Shown in pieces: positions 60,887 to 64,000 of a stretch of 64,000 nucleotides of DNA (its first letter is position 1; each line of letters opens with the position of its first letter). Made by a program: the position numbers and the translations under genes. Below the pieces are notes generated by a model. It saw only the letters and a program-made list of their open reading frames with translations. It was not told the DNA's origin and made no database searches. Source of the stretch: Gemmatimonadota bacterium (lineage in GTDB: Bacteria > Gemmatimonadota > Gemmatimonadetes > Palauibacterales > Palauibacteraceae); assembly GCA_965116475.1 (NCBI GenBank), contig OZ220691.1:1696001-1760000 (forward strand), given 5' to 3'.

Positions 60887-61996
60887 ATGCTGCAGCGCCG
60901 CGTCGACCTGATGCCGCAGGATGCCGCGTCTGAGGGGTATCGAGCCGCCATCGAGCGCGTCGGACTGTTTTCGAACGTTCGGCGCGCCGTCGTCGCCGTA
61001 TCGGGTGCGGGGGCGCTACGAGTCGTGAACGGCCTCGCCTCGAACGATGTGAAGGACGTCCCGCTGGGGCGGGGCGTCTATTCCTTTCTCCTGGACCGCC
61101 GCGGCCGCGTTGTCGCCGATCTGCGGATTCTGCCCGTGACGGGGTTCGAGCGAGGCGCCGGAGACGCTGAAGCGGAGACCCTCTGGCTGGACGCTCCGGG
61201 CGATGCGCGCCCCGCGCTGATGAACCACCTTCGGAAGTACGTGCCTCCGCTGTTCGCCGGGCACCGCGAGACGAGCATTGCCGTGCACTCGCTCATCGGG
61301 CCGCGGGCCGCCGAGGCGTTCGAAGGCTGGGAAGCGGCCGAGAAAGTCTCGTCGGTGCGGCGCCCGGGGGAACTGGTCCCCCTCGAAGCGACATCCGTCC
61401 GGATCGGCGGTGCCCCGGGTCTCCTGGTTTGCCGGGAGGCGGTCGAGGGGGCCGGTTTCGACCTGTATGTCGATCACGCCGGCCGGGCAGCCGACGCGGA
61501 ACGGCTATCGAGACAGCTCGAGGGCGCCGTCGCGCGGGTTGGTGGAGCCGTCGGCTGCCGCGAAGACCGGGAGATCCTGCGGCTGGAACAGGGATTGCCG
61601 GTGTTCGGGTCCGAACTGGGAGCCGAGCGATTGGCCCAGGAGGCGGGTCAGGACGACCGGGCGATCAGTTTCACGAAAGGGTGCTTCACCGGCCAGGAGG
61701 TCGTCGCCCGCATCCACTACCGGGGCCATGTGAACCGCCACCTGCGCGGGCTCCGCTGGGCGCCGAACGCCCTCCGGGAGGCGGACGACCTCATCGGCGC
61801 CGAACTTCGAGCGCCTGACGGCACCGGTGGCACAAAGTCGGTCGGTCTCGTCACTTCCGCGGCTCATTCTCCGCGTCTCGGACCCATCGGCCTGGGTTAT
61901 GTCCGGCGCGAGGTCGCCCCCGGCGCGGTGCTGGAGTCGACGGACCCTCCGGGCGTCGCGCTGCACGTGACGGAAGTGCCCTTTACGTTCGAGTAA
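60887..61996 (+). CDS. ygfZ: Folate-binding YgfZ/GcvT-family protein
   Basis: Signature KGCFTGQEVVAR. Confidence 0.88.
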   Translation: MLQRRVDLMPQDAASEGYRAAIERVGLFSNVRRAVVAVSGAGALRVVNGLASNDVKDVPLGRGVYSFLLDRRGRVVADLRILPVTGFERGAGDAEAETLWLDAPGDARPALMNHLRKYVPPLFAGHRETSIAVHSLIGPRAAEAFEGWEAAEKVSSVRRPGELVPLEATSVRIGGAPGLLVCREAVEGAGFDLYVDHAGRAADAERLSRQLEGAVARVGGAVGCREDREILRLEQGLPVFGSELGAERLAQEAGQDDRAISFTKGCFTGQEVVARIHYRGHVNRHLRGLRWAPNALREADDLIGAELRAPDGTGGTKSVGLVTSAAHSPRLGPIGLGYVRREVAPGAVLESTDPPGVALHVTEVPFTFE

Positions 61997-62051
61997 AGGG
62001 CGGTGCGCGAAGCGTTGCTGATACGGACGTGGCGCGGTTATTCTTTGGGTC

Positions 62052-63026
62052 GTGGCTACCTATCTCGAAGCGATTCGACAGGCGATCCGTGAGGAGATGC
62101 GGGCAGACGCCGACGTCTTCATCATGGGCGAGGACATCGGCGCCTACGGCGGCGCCTTCAGGATTACGGAGGGACTGCTCGCGGAATTCGGGGAAGATCG
62201 CGTCATCGACACTCCCATCAGCGAGGCGGCGATCGCAGGCGCGGCGATCGGGGCGGCGCAGATGGGCCTGAAGCCCGTGTGCGAGATGCAGTTCATCGAC
62301 TTCATCGCGCCGGCCTTCAACGTGATCGTCAACTTCGCCGCCAAGGTCCGCTACCGGACGGGGGTGGGGGCCGGGCTGGTGATTCGCGGACCCTGCGGCG
62401 CGGGCGTGCGCGCGGGGCCCTTTCACTCGCAGAACGTCGAGTCGTATTTCGCCAACGTGCCCGGCCTCAAGCTGGTGGCCCCGGCCACGGTGAGGGACGC
62501 GAAGGGGCTGCTCAAGGCCGCGATTCGGGACCCGGACCCGGTCCTCTTCTTCGAGCACAAGTACCTGTATCGGAGACTTCGGGAAGAGCTTGAGGAGGGC
62601 GAGGAGTTTCTGACTCCCCTCGGGAAGGCCCGAACGCACCGCGGAGGAACGGACCTCACGCTGGTCACGTATGGGGCCATGGTCCATACTGCGCAGGAGG
62701 CGGCGGAGCAGGTGGCGGCCGAGGATGGCGCGGAAATTGAGATTATCGATCTGAGGACGCTGCAGCCGCTCGATGGCGCCGCGATCCTCGACAGCGTGAA
62801 GAAGACGGGGAGACTTCTCGTCCTGCATGAAGCGCCGCGGTTCGGCGGCTTCGGCGGCGAGGTGGCGGCGCTGGTTTGCGAGCGGGCGTTCGAGTGGCTT
62901 GACGCTCCGGTCCGGCGGGTGGCCGCACTCGACACGCCGGTGCCTTACGCGGCCGAGCTGGAGGAGGCGCATCTGCCCCAGGTAGCGGACATCGTCTCGA
63001 TGGCCCGCCTGCAACTGAGTTACTGA
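62052..63026 (+). CDS. 2-oxoacid dehydrogenase E1 beta subunit
   Basis: GEDIG..GGAF, DTPISE, EMQFIDF, HSQ, DPVLFFEHK, IDLRTLQPLD. Confidence 0.95.
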   Translation: MATYLEAIRQAIREEMRADADVFIMGEDIGAYGGAFRITEGLLAEFGEDRVIDTPISEAAIAGAAIGAAQMGLKPVCEMQFIDFIAPAFNVIVNFAAKVRYRTGVGAGLVIRGPCGAGVRAGPFHSQNVESYFANVPGLKLVAPATVRDAKGLLKAAIRDPDPVLFFEHKYLYRRLREELEEGEEFLTPLGKARTHRGGTDLTLVTYGAMVHTAQEAAEQVAAEDGAEIEIIDLRTLQPLDGAAILDSVKKTGRLLVLHEAPRFGGFGGEVAALVCERAFEWLDAPVRRVAALDTPVPYAAELEEAHLPQVADIVSMARLQLSY

Positions 63027-63060
63027 ACCCACGCGGCTGCAAGCCGGGGAAGAACAACAA

Positions 63061-64000
63061 ATGTCCAGAGTGGATGTCATCATGCCGCAGATGGGGGAAT
63101 CCATCGCGGAGGGGACGCTGACGCGCTGGCTCAAGAACGTCGGGGATGCGGTCGAGCGTGACGAGGATCTGTTCGAGATATCCACGGACAAGGTGGACGC
63201 GGACATTCCGTCGCCGGCGGCCGGGGTGCTGGCCGAAGTTCTCGTGCAGGACGGGGAGACGGTCGAGATCGACACGGTGGTGGCCCGCATTGAGACCGAT
63301 GCGACGGTCGCCGCACCCGCCGCACCTCCGGCGCCAGCGGCAGACCCGCCGGCGGACGCCGGGGCCGCGGCGCCCATGGCGTCGACTGCGGCGCCGGCTG
63401 CCGTCCCCGCCAGGCAGCCCGCGGCCGCCACGCCGGCGTCCCCGGGCCCGGCGGCGGACGGCTCGCCCGCCAGTCGGGGTGAGCGGCTAAGGGCCCGATC
63501 GACCCCGCTGGTGCGGAAGATCGCCGCGGAACACGGGGTCGACATCCACCAGGTGCCGGGGACGGGCACCTCCGGTCGCGTGACCCGGGATGACATTCTG
63601 GCGTTCATCTCGGCCGGCGCGCCGGCGACCGAGATGGCGCCCGCCCCCCCCGCGGCCCCCGCACCGGTGACGGCGCCTCCCGCGGTCCCGTCTCCGGTCC
63701 CGGCCTCCGATGTGAAGGCCCCGGAGCCCGCGCTCCCCGATGCGACGGAACCCGCGCCGGCGGCGCCCGGCACGCTTCGGATCCCGATCCACGGGGCTAC
63801 CCTCGATGTCCGGCTCGGCTCCGTGCCGATTCGCGAGCGCGACCGCGTCGAGGAGATGAGCAGAGTCCGCCTGCGGACGATGGAGCACATGCTCATGTCC
63901 AAGCGCGTTTCCGCGCACGTGACGTCGGTGACCGAAGTGGACTTCGAGCGGATCGTTCAACTCAGGCGCTCGCTCAAGTCGCGCTTCGCCGACCAGGGCG
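63061..64000 (+). CDS. Dihydrolipoamide acyltransferase E2 (truncated by window end)
   Basis: MPQMGESIAEG, lipoyl-lysine motif EISTDKVDA, E3-binding TPLVRKIA..GTGTSGRVTRDD. Confidence 0.93.
   Translation, partial: MSRVDVIMPQMGESIAEGTLTRWLKNVGDAVERDEDLFEISTDKVDADIPSPAAGVLAEVLVQDGETVEIDTVVARIETDATVAAPAAPPAPAADPPADAGAAAPMASTAAPAAVPARQPAAATPASPGPAADGSPASRGERLRARSTPLVRKIAAEHGVDIHQVPGTGTSGRVTRDDILAFISAGAPATEMAPAPPAAPAPVTAPPAVPSPVPASDVKAPEPALPDATEPAPAAPGTLRIPIHGATLDVRLGSVPIRERDRVEEMSRVRLRTMEHMLMSKRVSAHVTSVTEVDFERIVQLRRSLKSRFADQG

Noticed and set aside
62052..64000. Missing E1 alpha upstream of E1 beta
   Set aside because: Split operons are common; the gene may lie elsewhere and this cannot be judged from the window.

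Overview
GC-rich (~70% by eye), gene-dense bacterial chromosome segment with about 55 CDS and no rRNA, tRNA, CRISPR array or transposase that I can see. Gene content and style suggest a diderm such as Gemmatimonadota (inference only). It carries a suf Fe-S operon, icd, glpD, several peptidases, a PQQ quinohemoprotein, outer-membrane proteins, an ECF sigma/anti-sigma/PDZ module, an NAD-linked formate dehydrogenase and the start of a 2-oxoacid dehydrogenase operon. Most notable: (1) a four-gene candidate ceramide/sphingolipid operon (Spt, bCerS-like GNAT, CerR-like SDR, plus an Aur1/IPC-synthase-like PAP2 protein); (2) a His-rich, CxxC, Pro-ending upstream ORF whose stop codon overlaps a perfect 9-nt anti-Shine-Dalgarno for the downstream outer-membrane transporter, a candidate metal-sensing ribosome-stalling switch; (3) two genes split in the ORF track by in-frame UGA codons followed by SECIS-like hairpins (FDH alpha and an OsmC-like protein); (4) a repeated ECF-type promoter motif; (5) a free-standing copy of a serine-protease prodomain. 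All family assignments come from motif recognition, not database searches.
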